Origin: Ostreococcus lucimarinus
Taxonomy: Eukaryota
DNA length: 64,000 nt
Assembly: GCA_000092065.1 (NCBI GenBank)
Contig: CP000583.1
Direction: 5' to 3' (one strand)
The translations under genes and the position numbers were made by a program. This document shows, one piece after another, positions 37,570-49,190 of this stretch. Each line of letters starts with the position of its first letter. Positions within the stretch are counted from its first letter, which is position 1. Below the pieces are notes generated by a model. The model did no database searches, was not told where the DNA came from, and worked only from the letters and a program-made list of their open reading frames with translations.

Positions 37570-39540
37570 ATGGGCGCCGACGGCGACGCCGTGCGCGACG
37601 CGCTCGCGAACGCGGTCGAAGCGATCGCGCGCGATGTCCCGAACGCGCGCGGCACGGACTTATCCCTCGAGAGCGCGAAGGAGAAGGCGACGCGCGCGCA
37701 AAAGCTGCCCGCGCGGGACGCGCTGCTCGCGGTGAAACGGTGCTGGACGACCGCGACGCACGAACCGGGGAATCGACTGCGGGAAAAGGAGCTGGCGGAG
37801 GTGATGCGAACGTTTAACGAGGCGTGGTTGAAACAAGGCCTGACGGGGACGCCGTTGGACGATGGGACGTGGTCGTTTAGAGTGGCGCGAGTGAATCGAA
37901 ACGCGGCGAAGCGATGCCTCACGGCGCTGGGGAACTGGGCGAGGAAGGGAGCGTGGGAACCGTGGACCGGGGAGTGCCGAAAGATGAGGGATGAGGTGAT
38001 GAAGAAGGAGGACGGGGCGTACGATACGTACGCGCAAGTGCATCGGGGATTGGAAGCGTTGCGAGCGCGCGCGACGACGGGCGTGAGAAATTTGGTAAAC
38101 GATGGCGAGAGCGAGGTGACGTACGAACATGCGCTGGAGTTTGATAAAGAATTACAGAAATGGATCGAAACGTGCTGGCTTGAGAACGGACTGCCGCCGT
38201 TGGACGAATTGCCGAAGTCGAACGAGGTGTTTTACGCGAGCGGAATGGTACACACAGAGATGCCTCTTTCGTCCAAGCGAGCGCCGCCAAGGGATCGTTC
38301 GCAACCGATAAGCCCCGCGACGGCGCCGGCGAAGAAGGCAAAAACGATAAAAGATGAGAGATTACAGAGCCCGGTGAGAGCAAATGCGGAATTACCGCGA
38401 TCGGTGAAAAAGGAACCGAAGGAGCCCGGCGCGGCGGCAGTGCTGCGCTCACCGACGCCGCATTCGCCGACGCCATGCGAAACCGCCAAGCCGCCGGCGC
38501 GCGAGACGGAGATGCACGTCATCAGACACTCTGTTGCAGTCACGGTGAAGGTGCGCTGCTACGGACTAGACGCAGACTTGGTCATCATCCCGCCCTTTGG
38601 AGTGCCGAGCGGAGTGAAAACAAATGGCGAGATGGCTGCCATGGTATTTCGAGAGACTCAAGCCGCGCAGCAAGCGAATGTGCAACCAGCTGAATCTTCG
38701 ATGAGATGCACGCATAACGATGGTAAGGCGTGGCGGTGTCCCGGACGTAATCTGGAAGGTACGCCGTTCTGCACGAAGCATCAACCAGCGAAATTTTCCA
38801 CTTTGGCTCGCGTCAATCCAGTCACGTTTGAAACGGCACAAGGTTTATCGATTACGTACGCCGGTCCTCCATCGGCGTGCGTTATTCGAAGTGTTTCTGG
38901 CGTGCCAATCGATGACTCGGATTTGTTGATGCTTAAAGATCCGGAAAAGTTTGAAGCCTTTGCGTGGGACATCGAGCGTCAATTGAAATCTTGTGAAGGG
39001 CTCGTTCGACGAGACGGTGCCGGTGGACGATTCCGTGAGAATGCTTTCGTACTCGAACGCGGAGGATTTTGGGTCCCATACACTCAGTATGAAGCTCGAT
39101 TAACCACGCTTCTCCCAGGCACGCCACCCGGTTCGACCACCACGTCGGAAAGCGTGTTCAACCAATGTATTGAAGACATCGGCGCAATCAACACCGCACG
39201 CGTGGCCGAGCAAGCGAACGACGACGAGACTGAGAAAAGCAACGATGATGATGACAAACGAGAGAGCGCGCCGCCTGCAGAGCGTCCGGCTTTCGACGAT
39301 CCGATGGATACCGACAGTCCGGGACGAGCCAAAGTGCCAGCACCGACTGGCGCTCGAGAAGTGCGTCTGAAACTTGCAGAGCTTCATAGACAACTCCTCA
39401 ACGTGGATCGAGAAATCGTAGGCATGCGCGATGCTGGCTTCGCGCACGCTAAGAAACGTGATCCACAGAGTCTCGACAATAGCGAAAATAGCGAATATGA
39501 CGCGTACGAGCAGAGCGTGAATCGCGCGCTTCGCCTTTAG
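37570..39540 (+). CDS. WRC-domain protein (plant GRF-type C3H WRC motif), otherwise unknown
   Basis: Central CTHNDGKAWRCPGRNLEGTPFCTKH matches the WRC signature (C-x4-DGKxWRC-x7/9-C-x2-H). The remainder is low-complexity, acidic and basic; I see no QLQ domain. Confidence 0.55.
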   Translation: MGADGDAVRDALANAVEAIARDVPNARGTDLSLESAKEKATRAQKLPARDALLAVKRCWTTATHEPGNRLREKELAEVMRTFNEAWLKQGLTGTPLDDGTWSFRVARVNRNAAKRCLTALGNWARKGAWEPWTGECRKMRDEVMKKEDGAYDTYAQVHRGLEALRARATTGVRNLVNDGESEVTYEHALEFDKELQKWIETCWLENGLPPLDELPKSNEVFYASGMVHTEMPLSSKRAPPRDRSQPISPATAPAKKAKTIKDERLQSPVRANAELPRSVKKEPKEPGAAAVLRSPTPHSPTPCETAKPPARETEMHVIRHSVAVTVKVRCYGLDADLVIIPPFGVPSGVKTNGEMAAMVFRETQAAQQANVQPAESSMRCTHNDGKAWRCPGRNLEGTPFCTKHQPAKFSTLARVNPVTFETAQGLSITYAGPPSACVIRSVSGVPIDDSDLLMLKDPEKFEAFAWDIERQLKSCEGLVRRDGAGGRFRENAFVLERGGFWVPYTQYEARLTTLLPGTPPGSTTTSESVFNQCIEDIGAINTARVAEQANDDETEKSNDDDDKRESAPPAERPAFDDPMDTDSPGRAKVPAPTGAREVRLKLAELHRQLLNVDREIVGMRDAGFAHAKKRDPQSLDNSENSEYDAYEQSVNRALRL

Positions 39541-39696
39541 AGGAATAAGCAACTCGTGTAAATGGGATTTTAAAAATAATCGCACAGTTAGCAGCACAAA
39601 TCCTTTCCTCGTCAATTCGATCGACATCAGAGGTGGATCTAAAGTTCTCTAAAGTGTTCCGCTCTCTTAATCAGTTCGTTCTTCATCCCTCAATGC

Positions 39697-41118
39697 TTAC
39701 TTGTACTGAGACATGAATTCGCCGTGGAAGTTGGTGAGCTTGACGGCGACGCCAGCGATATCTTCCTCGCTCGGAAGGAAAGTGGTCCGGAAGTGCCACG
39801 TGCCCGGCTTTTGCCCGAACCCAGACCCCGGAACGGTGACGATACCGGTCGCCAACAGTAAGCGGGTGCAGTACTCTGCATCGGCAACCTTGTTCGCGGC
39901 GGCGCATTCGTCAAGGAACTTTTGCGGGAACACCAGGTTCGGAAAGCAGTACATCGCGCCATCCGCTGGTTGGCAAGTCACACCCTCCAACGAGTTCAAC
40001 GCGTTGCTGAGTGTGATGGAACGTCTCTTCAGAGATGCGAGAATGTCATCGCGTTCTTGCGCAAACTGCTTGTACGAAGGGTCGCCTTCCACCGGCGGGT
40101 CCATGACCATCGAGGTCACGATTTGGCCCGCCAAGTTGGGGCAGAGAGCGATGGACGCGAGCTTCAGAATCGCATCCAGCACGCCTTGTTCCCACGCACC
40201 GATGAGTTCCATGAAACCACCGCGACGACCGCATTCACCGTAGTACCCTTTGCTGATACTCTGGAAGCTCGCCAAGGCGACCCGCTTGTCCAAGCCCGCC
40301 TCGAGCACGACTTTGCGCATGCTCTTGAACTTTTTGCCATCGGCGTAGATGTTTTCTTGGTACACTTCGTCGGAGATGATGAGAAGTCCTTCATCGGCGC
40401 AGAACTTGGCGATATCGAGCAAGTTGTCATCGCTCAACACGTTACCCGTAGGGTTACCCGGGTTGATGACGACGAGCGCGCGAACGTTTTTCCCTTGCGC
40501 TCGCGCCGCGTTCAACTGACTCTTGACGTGTTCGACGTCCATCGACCACCCAGTCTCTTCGTCCAGGTAGTACGGCGTCAGCGTACCGCCATACAGCGTT
40601 AACGCCGCCGAGTACAGCGGATACTGCGGGATCGGGCACATGATGGCGTCCTGTTCCCCTCGAATCAAGACGTTCATCAAATAATGGCACCCCGCCGAGG
40701 CCCCGTCGATGAGATACACGTCGTCGATGTTCGCCGGAATCCCATCCCTCTTCGTGATCCCTCTCACCACGCGCTCTCGCAAAGATTCCACGCCCTTACT
40801 CTCCGAGTACGCTCCCGTCCCGCCCTTAATCTTCCGCTTACACTCCTCCGCGCGTTCGAGGACGTCCGCCGCGAACGCCCCCGCCACCGCCTCGCAGTCG
40901 ATCGCCGCGAGCACCTGCCTGAAGAACGAGATCGGCCGCTGCCCGAGCGAGTGCGGATTCCCGATGTTGCAGTACACCACCTTATCGAACGGCAGTTTCT
41001 CCCCGTCCCGCAGCGCCCGCTCGAGCTGCTGCGCCCGCGCGACGATCGGCCCTCGCACCGCGTACTCCGCGTCGACGACGCGGTGATTGATCGTCCCGAC
41101 CGTGATCGCGTCGCGCAT
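39697..41118 (-). CDS. Alanine aminotransferase (PLP-dependent, class I/II)
   Basis: YAVRGPIVARAQ, LPFDKVVYCNIGNPHSLGQRPISFFRQVLA, ISKGYYGECGRRGGFMEL (PLP-Lys context) and a C-terminus colinear with AlaAT. Start at Met codon 41116..41118 (MRDAITVGT). Track ORF 39697..42111 continues as an R-rich leader. Confidence 0.85.
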   Translation of the reverse strand: MRDAITVGTINHRVVDAEYAVRGPIVARAQQLERALRDGEKLPFDKVVYCNIGNPHSLGQRPISFFRQVLAAIDCEAVAGAFAADVLERAEECKRKIKGGTGAYSESKGVESLRERVVRGITKRDGIPANIDDVYLIDGASAGCHYLMNVLIRGEQDAIMCPIPQYPLYSAALTLYGGTLTPYYLDEETGWSMDVEHVKSQLNAARAQGKNVRALVVINPGNPTGNVLSDDNLLDIAKFCADEGLLIISDEVYQENIYADGKKFKSMRKVVLEAGLDKRVALASFQSISKGYYGECGRRGGFMELIGAWEQGVLDAILKLASIALCPNLAGQIVTSMVMDPPVEGDPSYKQFAQERDDILASLKRRSITLSNALNSLEGVTCQPADGAMYCFPNLVFPQKFLDECAAANKVADAEYCTRLLLATGIVTVPGSGFGQKPGTWHFRTTFLPSEEDIAGVAVKLTNFHGEFMSQYK

Positions 41119-41778
41119 CGCGTCCCGTCCGCGGCGCGCGCGATCGAAAGAGTTCGCGCGTTCGTCGCCGATCGCTCGCGCGCGCGCGCTCGCGTCGCGC
41201 CGAGTCGCGTCGCGGTGCGTCGATCGATCGCTCCGACGCGCGCGCAGGGGGGGTGCGCGCGCGCGTCGACCGACGCGTCGATCGAATCGATCGCGCGGTC
41301 GGTCGTCGACCCGCGGTCGAGGGTCGCGCGATCGAGACGATCGACGACGCGAGGGTGACGCGCGTCGCGCGGTGATGTGTGTGGGTAAACAGTGCGAGGG
41401 TGGTTTCGGTCGATGCGTTGTGTGGGTAAACAGTGCGGCGTGGGTTTTCGTGGACACGCGCGCGAATGCGCGTCCGTCGTCGTCGACGGCGCCGGCACAC
41501 GGCGCGCGTCGTGGATGCGCGCGCGATCGACGGCGAGCGATCGCGGGACGGGCGCGACGAGGACGATCGCGCGAGGGCGCGCGCTGCGGCGCGCGCTGGC
41601 GCGCGCGGGGGGGGGGGGACGCGAAACGACCGCGGCGGGACGGCGCGACGGACGCGACGGCGTCGCGGGCGACGGGACGCGCAGGGCGGGGACGGCGCGC
41701 GCGCGGGCGGATTTCGAGAGCGCGGCGGAGACGGCGGCGGCGCGGGCGCGGCGCGCGAGGGTCGGGCGAGGCGGAGGG

Positions 41779-43356
41779 ATGCGATTTTTCGCGGGACGGG
41801 TGGACGCGAGGCGCGGCGGAGGACTCGAGGGGGCGACGATCGGCGAGGTGCGGTGCACGGCGAAGGAGAGGGAGGTGTTCGACACGCTGTTGGCGGTGGT
41901 GGAACACTTTAAGCTGGACGTGACGCTTCGCGTGGCGGGGGGGTGGGTTCGGGATAAGCTCGTCGGACGCGAGAGCGACGACATCGACGTGGCGCTGGAT
42001 ACGATGTTGGGGAAAGAGTTCGCGGAGAAGGTGAACGCGTACTTGGAGGCGCAGGGGATGGAGACGAAGGGGATCGGAGTGATTCAGAGCAATCCTGAGC
42101 AGAGTAAGCACTTGGAGACGGCGACGATGCGCGTGCGAGACGTGTGGTTGGATTTAGTAAACTTGCGCTCGGAAAACTATTCCGAGGACAGTAGGATTCC
42201 GGAGATGCAGTTCGGCACGGCCAAGGACGACGCGTTCAGGCGGGATTTGACCATCAACGCCTTGTTTTACAACATTAACGAGAAAAAAGTGGAGGATTTC
42301 ACCGAGCGCGGGATTGAGGATTTGAGTCGCGGCGTCGTGCGCACGCCGCTCCCGCCGCGAACGACGTTTTTGGACGATCCGTTGCGGATTTTGCGCGCCG
42401 TTCGCTTCGCCGCGCGATTCGGTTTCGATGTGGACGAAGAGATCGGGGCGAGCGCGAGTGATCCGGACGTGCAACACGCATTGAAGCATAAAGTGAGTCG
42501 AGAGCGTTTTGGAAAGGAAGTCTTGGGGATGCTCAAAGGACGCTCTCCCGCGGACGCGGTGGCGCTCATGGCGGCGTTCAAGATTTCCCCGATCGTCTTA
42601 CAGGTTCCCACGCAAAGCGTTGTGGATGCCGTCACGGACGCGGCGGACCGCTTGTCACAATACTCCACGAGATGCGTCGAAGGCGCGCTCGAAGAAATCG
42701 CATCAACCGACGCTTGGATGGACGAAGAGAAGCGGGTGTGGTTGTATCTCGCCTCGTGGTTGTTGCCGTACCGCGAATTGCAGTCGGACGGAAAGAAAGG
42801 AAAGAAGGTTCCCGCGGTGGGCGACATCATCAGTAACGCACTCAAGCTCCGCTCGAAAGATGCGGAAACGACGGTGCACGTGCATGAATCGATGGCTCTC
42901 GCAAAAACCTTGTTGACGAACAAAGACTTTACTCGGCTTGAGGGCGGCTTAGCGCTGCGAAAGATGGGTGAGACGTGGCGTCTTGCCGTGCTCTTAGAAG
43001 CTTTATGCGCCGTCGTGCCCGGCATGAGCGATGCCGAGGTCCCGACTTGGGCAGGCGAATACGCGTTCGAACCGGACGCCGCGCCTGCGGATGTGCGCGA
43101 GCGCGTCGCCGCGGGCGTGAAAGCCGCCGTAAGTAAATTTGAGGCGGTCGAGCAGCGAGTTGCATCGCTCGAATTGAACGAGTGTTGGGAGACTAAGCCA
43201 CCAGTCACCGGACAAGACGTCATGGCGGCGTTGAACATGACGAAAGGAGGTCCAGAGTTGAAAAAGTGGATCGATAAATCCGTGGAGTGGGCGCTAGAAA
43301 ATCCAAACATCACGAAGGAGGAGTGCGTGGAGAAGATAAAGCAGGGCGGGCATTAA
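41779..43356 (+). CDS. CCA tRNA nucleotidyltransferase (class II)
   Basis: Head-domain motifs GGWVRDKLVGRESDDIDVALD and RRDLTINALFY, with DDPLRILRAVRFAARFGF. Start at ATG 41779; the track ORF begins at GTG 41392. Confidence 0.85.
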   Translation: MRFFAGRVDARRGGGLEGATIGEVRCTAKEREVFDTLLAVVEHFKLDVTLRVAGGWVRDKLVGRESDDIDVALDTMLGKEFAEKVNAYLEAQGMETKGIGVIQSNPEQSKHLETATMRVRDVWLDLVNLRSENYSEDSRIPEMQFGTAKDDAFRRDLTINALFYNINEKKVEDFTERGIEDLSRGVVRTPLPPRTTFLDDPLRILRAVRFAARFGFDVDEEIGASASDPDVQHALKHKVSRERFGKEVLGMLKGRSPADAVALMAAFKISPIVLQVPTQSVVDAVTDAADRLSQYSTRCVEGALEEIASTDAWMDEEKRVWLYLASWLLPYRELQSDGKKGKKVPAVGDIISNALKLRSKDAETTVHVHESMALAKTLLTNKDFTRLEGGLALRKMGETWRLAVLLEALCAVVPGMSDAEVPTWAGEYAFEPDAAPADVRERVAAGVKAAVSKFEAVEQRVASLELNECWETKPPVTGQDVMAALNMTKGGPELKKWIDKSVEWALENPNITKEECVEKIKQGGH

Positions 43357-43417
43357 TAAACACAACACAATTGTATGATACACAAATGATACATAAATTT
43401 GACTACGTTTGCTAATC

Positions 43418-45568
43418 TCAAAACCAAGGCTCGTCGAACGGCGTCGCCTTGACGACAATATTTGCCTCGGCGGGGACCGCCAATTTCCCTGGATGTCTAA
43501 GCATGACGAACACTTTCGTTTTGCCGCGACTAAAGTTTTCAGTGAGCATTTTCACTGCGTTGGCCTGAATCAAACCGGACGCTAGACCGACAGATGCCGC
43601 TGGTGCGGATACAGAAGTAATATGCCCGATGGTGTCGCCGAAGACGTCGCCGAGGTTCACGTCGCTTCGATGCTCCGAGCGAAGCGCTTTGTCCTTCTTC
43701 GACCATTGCGAGAACATACCCGACACCGTCCGATCACGACGGCGCGTCGTGTCGTCCGTCTTTTTGACACACCAAGCGTCGCGTTGTGCTTCGTTGGGGA
43801 AGAAGATCTCCGCACCGAGCGTCGGTTGACCAGACCACGGACATCGCAGGGCGACGCGAACCATCGCGTCGCGCGGATGCGAATCGCGTTCCAACTTCTC
43901 ATCGCGCACTCGAAGCACATTTCTCACCTTTACGAACGGCTCGGCGTGTCGCACGAGCGCTAAATCGCACTGAGAAACCTTGCTTTTTGGTTTCGCTCGA
44001 ATGTCGTCGAGAATATCGTCGAAAATCTCCAGACGCTTGTCCGCTCCAGCTTGGGTGTCGAGGTAATCGTCCGGGAATAGGGCGCGCGCAAAACGTTGCG
44101 CACACCACGACCATTCAGTGATTCCCACCGGACGTGCGCCGGTTTGGCACACGCCGTGCCAAACGGGAAGCATCCAAGACGAAGAAACGATCAGAGTGTA
44201 CCCTTCTATCGCTGTCACACCTCGATTGATGAGCGTCGCCGAGTATGATTTGACACCGACGGCGGCCGTTTCCTCCCATGGTCGCTCGAGCGCAGCCGCG
44301 CGCGATGCGCGTCGACTTTCGTCGTACTCGGCTTGCGTCGGCGCAACTTCCGTCGGCACCCGCATTTCACTCGAATCGGTTTGAACGCCCCAAGCAGCCG
44401 CACGAGCGTCTGGACAAACGATTCGACGGATGCCTCGGGTAGTATGCGCGCTCGAGTAAAAATCTAAATCCGGAGCCAGTTTCTGCACAATCTCGAAAGC
44501 TTTAGCACCGATGATTTCGATGCGCGCGAATGCGTCACTTTCTTCCACTTCTACGTCAGCTTTCGTGTTTGTCGCGACTCGCACCGCGACGGCGTCACGA
44601 AACGCTTCTGACGCCGACTCTTTCGCGCTCGGGTGCACCCAAACGTGCGCCTCGGCGACGCTCAACGTCTCCTCTCTCGGCGTACAGTACACCAGCGCCG
44701 GACAAATCACGCGACGTTTTGAATCCACAACGTGAATCGCAATCGCGCGTTCTCCGTCCTTGAACGCGCGCAAGTTTAGCGCTTTCTTTTCAGCCGCCGT
44801 CTTTGCTAAAACTTTGTGCACGTCGGTTCGGGCGCCCTTCACGACGAAACACGCGTTGTACGAGGAATCGTGGGCGAGCGCGGCTTGCGATATCGAACGC
44901 ATGATGAATCGCCAACCTCGACCTCGCCCCGGTCTCGCGGCGGGGACGACCCATCCCCACCCGCGAGGCTTTCGCATCGCGAACCTGCGAGCGCGCGCGC
45001 CGTCAGTCATCTCTCCAACATTTCGCCTCGTCTTCAAAAATCGAGCTTCCAAACGCCTCAGTCGATGTACCGTGCGGTAACTCTATACGCTCGTCTCCAG
45101 CGAACGCCGAAACGTTCTCGGATTGGCTGGGCGCGTGATTTCGTCATCACCGGCGTCTCTCGCGTTCGCGCGCGTCGCCTCGCGTCACCCTCCCCACCTC
45201 TTCGCGTGCCACGCGTGCGCGCGCAGCGCCTTCACCGCCGTCCCGCCTCCCGCGCGCGTCCTCGCCGCGTTCAGACGCCCTCGTCGCCGCGCGCGTCGTC
45301 GACATCCCTCCGTCGTCGCGTCCTCGCCCGCCGCCGCCGCGCGTCGCCGTTTCAAATTCGGCCTTCGCCGCGTCGCTCGCGGCGCGTGCGACGTCGCCCG
45401 TCTTCGCGCGTGTCTCGCCAGCGTCTCCACGCCCAGCGCGCGTCGTCCCTCGATCGCGCGCGTCGTCGCGCGCAGCTCGCGCGCGCGCGCCGCGACGAAA
45501 TCCCACACGCGCACGTAACGCGGCGTCGCGCTCGCGTCGCGCGCGTCGGCGACGACGACGACGTCCAT
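43418..45568 (-). CDS. POP1: RNase P/MRP protein subunit POP1, two exons
   Basis: Exon 1 45198..45568 (MDVVVVADARDASATPRYVRVWDFVAARARELRAT..ARHARRRATSHA..KALRAHAWHAKR) and exon 2 43418..44984 (FAMRKPRGWGW.. POPLD-like GYTLIVSSSWMLPVWHGVCQTGARPVGITEWSW..FPDDY). Intron 44985..45197 on the minus strand has a GTGGGG donor, ACTGAC 22 nt before the CAG, and phase 2. Splicing restores the conserved W-H-A-K-R-F-x-M motif. Confidence 0.75.
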
Positions 45569-45907
45569 CGCGGCGCGACGTCCGGCGCCGGCGATTCGAC
45601 GGCGCCGCGCCGCGCGGTCGGTCGGTTCGCTTCAATACGACGCTCGATGGGACGGGCGTTTCGAGATCGTGGCCGCGTGACTGTTTGCGCACACGGAAAA
45701 GCGCGCGGGCCGGCGGCGTCGCCGGATCGATCGCTCGATCGCGTCGGCGTCGGCGGCTCGGCGGCGCGCGCGGCATCGCGCGACGCGCCGTCGGTCGTCG
45801 GAGGCGCGAAGGCGTGGACGCTCGACGCGCGGGACGCGACGTCGATCGGCGACGCGGCGCGGCGACGCGTTCGACGCGAGACGACGACGACGCGGGACGA
45901 CGGGACG

Positions 45908-48900
45908 ATGGCGCGCGAGGGCGCGATGGACGACGCGGCGACGGCGACGGCGACGGCGCTGATGGAGAGGGCGACGATCGATCCGGAGAAGGCGGCGAAG
46001 AAGGCGGCGAAGCTGGCGGAGAAGGAGGCGAAGAGGGCGAAGGCGGCGGCGAAGGCGGCGAAGGCGGCGGAGGAAAAGGCGAAGAGGGACGCGGGCGGCG
46101 GCGGCGAGGGCAAGGCGAAGAGGGAGAAGAAGGCGAGCGGGCCGAGCGAGGAGGACGTGCGAGCGCTGGAGAGCGCGCTGAAAACGCCGAGGGGGGAGAT
46201 GAAGGATTTGGTGGGGACGCCGATGGCGAAGTCGTATAATCCGGTGGCGGTGGAGGCGGCGTGGTACGACTGGTGGGAACGGTGCGGGATGTTTACGCCG
46301 ACGATGGGGACGAATAAGCCAAAGTTTGTCATCGTGATTCCGCCGCCGAACGTCACGGGTGCGTTGCACATTGGACACGCGCTGACGAACGCTATTCAAG
46401 ACACCATCGTGCGGTGGCGACGAATGCAGGGATATGAAGCGCTGTGGGTTCCGGGGACGGATCACGCGGGCATCGCGACGCAAACCGTGGTGGAGAAGAA
46501 ATTGCAGCGCGAGGAAGGCGTCACGAGGCACGATCTCGGGCGAGAAAAGTTCCTCGAGCGCGTGTTCGAGTGGAAAGACGTGTATGGGGGCAAGATCTGC
46601 AATCAGCTTCGCCGAATCGGCTCTTCTATGGACTGGACTCGAGAGGCGTTCACGATGGATGAAAAGTTGAGCAAAGCCGTCAAGGAAGCCTTCGTGCGCA
46701 TGTTCGACGAAGGTTTGATTTATCGCGACAATAGATTGGTGAACTGGAGTTGTCAGTTGAAGACTGCGATCAGTGATATCGAGGTGGATTACATCGAGCT
46801 CGATGGGCCGACGATGCTCGCGGTGCCGGGGCACACCAAAAAGGTGGAGTTCGGCGTCATCACATCCTTTGCGTACCCGTTCGAAGACGGGCAAGGCGAA
46901 GTTGTCGTGGCGACGACGCGTATTGAGACCATGCTTGGTGACACCGCTGTTGCGGTGCACCCCGAAGACGAACGCTACAAGAGCTTACACGGAAAATTCG
47001 TTCTTCACCCGTTCAACGGTCGTCGTATTCCCATCATTTGCGACGCCGAACTTGTCGACATGGAATTCGGTACAGGTTGCGTGAAGATCACCCCAGCCCA
47101 CGATCCGAACGATTTCAACACCGGTAAGCGTCACGATCTTGAGTTTATCAACGTATTCACCGAGGAAGGATTGGTGAACGAGCAAGGCGGCGAGCAATTC
47201 CAGGGCATGAAGCGCTTTGAGTGCCGCGTCGCCATCACGGAGGCGCTCGACAAGCTTGGTCTTTACCGGGGCAAGGCGAACAACCCGATGCGTTTGGGTC
47301 TTTGTAGCCGTAGTAAGGATGTCATCGAACCGATGCTCAAGCCGCAGTGGTGGGTCAATTGCCAAGACATGGCAAAGGAGGCGTGCGATGCCGCTCGCGA
47401 CAAGCGACTTGAAATTCTCCCTACTTTCATGGAACCGACGTGGTTCAGATGGTTGGAGAACATTCGTGACTGGTGCATCTCCCGTCAACTTTGGTGGGGT
47501 CATCGTATTCCAGCCTTCTACGTTCGTTTCGCCGGCGAAGGTGACGACGACTGTGGGATGCCAGGCGGTAGCTCTGAGAAGATGGATCGATGGGTCATCG
47601 GTCGTGACGCCGATGAAGCGCGCGTTTCGGCCGAGAAGAAGTTCCCGGGTCGAGAATTCACACTCGAACAAGACGAAGACGTGCTCGACACTTGGTTCTC
47701 GTCCGGTTTGTTTCCGTTTTCCGTCTTTGGCTGGCCCGACGAGACACCGGATTTGGCCGAGTTTTACCCAACGTCCCTCCTCGAAACTGGACACGACATT
47801 TTGTTCTTCTGGGTCGCTCGTATGGTAATGATGGGCATGAAATTGACTGGTAAGGTGCCGTTCAAACAAGTGTACCTGCACGCCATGGTTCGTGACGCGC
47901 ATGGTCGTAAAATGTCAAAGTCTCTCGGTAACGTCATCGATCCTCTCCATGTCATTGAAGGTATCGACTTGGCCGCCCTCAACGAGACTCTCGTCGGCGG
48001 TAACCTCGACGAGAAGGAACGCAAAAAGGCGCAAGCGGGTCAAAAGGCTGACTTCCCCGATGGCATTCCAGAATGTGGGACCGATGCTATGCGCTTCGCG
48101 CTCGTGTCTTACACCGCTCAAGGTCGTGACATCAACCTGGACGTTCTCCGTGTCGTTTCGTACCGCCACTGGTGTAATAAGCTTTGGAACGCGACTAAGT
48201 TTGCGATGATGAATTTGGGTGACGAATACGTGCCGCCGGCCGATTTCAACGCTACTTTCGATGTACAAAGTCTTCCGCTCGCGGCCAAGTGGGTTCTCAG
48301 CCGCTTGAATGCAACATGCGCGTCGACAAACGCGGGTATGGAAGTGTACGATTTTAACACCGCCACGAACTCTGTGTACGCGTTCTGGCAATACGAACTC
48401 TGTGACGTTTACATCGAGATCATCAAGCCTGTTATGAGTGGATCGGATGAAATGGCGAAGAAACAACTGCGAGATGCGCTTTGGATTTGCCTCGACGCTG
48501 GTTTGAGACTTCTCCACCCGTTCATGCCCTTCGTCACCGAAGAGCTCTGGCAGCGACTTCCGCGCACTCGCAATGAGAACACACCGAAGAGTATTATGAT
48601 TGCTGAGTACCCAGTCGCGGTCGATTCTTGGGCCAACGCCACGGCTGAGTCGCAGATGCAAATCATAATGGACTCTGTTAAGGCGTTCCGATCGTTGAAG
48701 TCCAACTACAACCTTCCTCCCAGAGCGAGACCGGATGTTTTCTACAGTGTCAAGACGGATGACAGCGAAGCGGCGATGAAGATTGATCCAGAAGGTTTGG
48801 TCTCTCTCGCGGGCGTCGGTGAGTTGAAACAGCTGGCTCAAGGTGAATCTGCGCCGCCGGGTTGCGCGGTGAGCATCGTGAACGAGTCCGTGACGGTCTA

Positions 48901-49132
48901 TGTTCTCTTGAAGGGAATCGTCGACGCCGCGACGGAAATTGCCAAGCTCGATAAGAAGCTTGATTTGCTCACCAAATCGACAGAAGCGCTCGTCAAAAAG
49001 ACGCAAGAAGATGGCTACGAGACCAAGGTTCCGGAGAAGGTTCGCAACGAAAACGCCGACAAGATCGCTAAGCAAGCTGAAGAAATTGATTCCATCAAGG
49101 CCGCACGTGCGGACTTTGAAGCGTTGCTGTAG
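45908..49132 (+). CDS. Valyl-tRNA synthetase (class I) with a Lys-rich eukaryote-type N-terminal extension
   Basis: HIGH (PPNVTGALHIGHALT) and KMSKS (GRKMSKSLGNVIDP), editing/CP1 domain, anticodon-binding and C-terminal coiled-coil, about 1070 aa. Start at ATG 45908; an in-frame upstream Met exists. Track ORF 44816.. is a 5' extension antisense to POP1. Confidence 0.95.
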   Translation: MAREGAMDDAATATATALMERATIDPEKAAKKAAKLAEKEAKRAKAAAKAAKAAEEKAKRDAGGGGEGKAKREKKASGPSEEDVRALESALKTPRGEMKDLVGTPMAKSYNPVAVEAAWYDWWERCGMFTPTMGTNKPKFVIVIPPPNVTGALHIGHALTNAIQDTIVRWRRMQGYEALWVPGTDHAGIATQTVVEKKLQREEGVTRHDLGREKFLERVFEWKDVYGGKICNQLRRIGSSMDWTREAFTMDEKLSKAVKEAFVRMFDEGLIYRDNRLVNWSCQLKTAISDIEVDYIELDGPTMLAVPGHTKKVEFGVITSFAYPFEDGQGEVVVATTRIETMLGDTAVAVHPEDERYKSLHGKFVLHPFNGRRIPIICDAELVDMEFGTGCVKITPAHDPNDFNTGKRHDLEFINVFTEEGLVNEQGGEQFQGMKRFECRVAITEALDKLGLYRGKANNPMRLGLCSRSKDVIEPMLKPQWWVNCQDMAKEACDAARDKRLEILPTFMEPTWFRWLENIRDWCISRQLWWGHRIPAFYVRFAGEGDDDCGMPGGSSEKMDRWVIGRDADEARVSAEKKFPGREFTLEQDEDVLDTWFSSGLFPFSVFGWPDETPDLAEFYPTSLLETGHDILFFWVARMVMMGMKLTGKVPFKQVYLHAMVRDAHGRKMSKSLGNVIDPLHVIEGIDLAALNETLVGGNLDEKERKKAQAGQKADFPDGIPECGTDAMRFALVSYTAQGRDINLDVLRVVSYRHWCNKLWNATKFAMMNLGDEYVPPADFNATFDVQSLPLAAKWVLSRLNATCASTNAGMEVYDFNTATNSVYAFWQYELCDVYIEIIKPVMSGSDEMAKKQLRDALWICLDAGLRLLHPFMPFVTEELWQRLPRTRNENTPKSIMIAEYPVAVDSWANATAESQMQIIMDSVKAFRSLKSNYNLPPRARPDVFYSVKTDDSEAAMKIDPEGLVSLAGVGELKQLAQGESAPPGCAVSIVNESVTVYVLLKGIVDAATEIAKLDKKLDLLTKSTEALVKKTQEDGYETKVPEKVRNENADKIAKQAEEIDSIKAARADFEALL

Positions 49133-49190
49133 ACAAAAATTATTCAATACATATGCATAATATAACAACGGACTAATATTGGTATAGACT

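Noticed and set aside
41606-41617. G12 homopolymer (and C10 / C8 runs at 63776..63785 and 63808..63815) as functional elements.
   Set aside because: They occur in GC-rich promoter leaders and could equally be compositional or sequencing-prone tracts. No further structure (for example a G4-capable G-run array) was evident.
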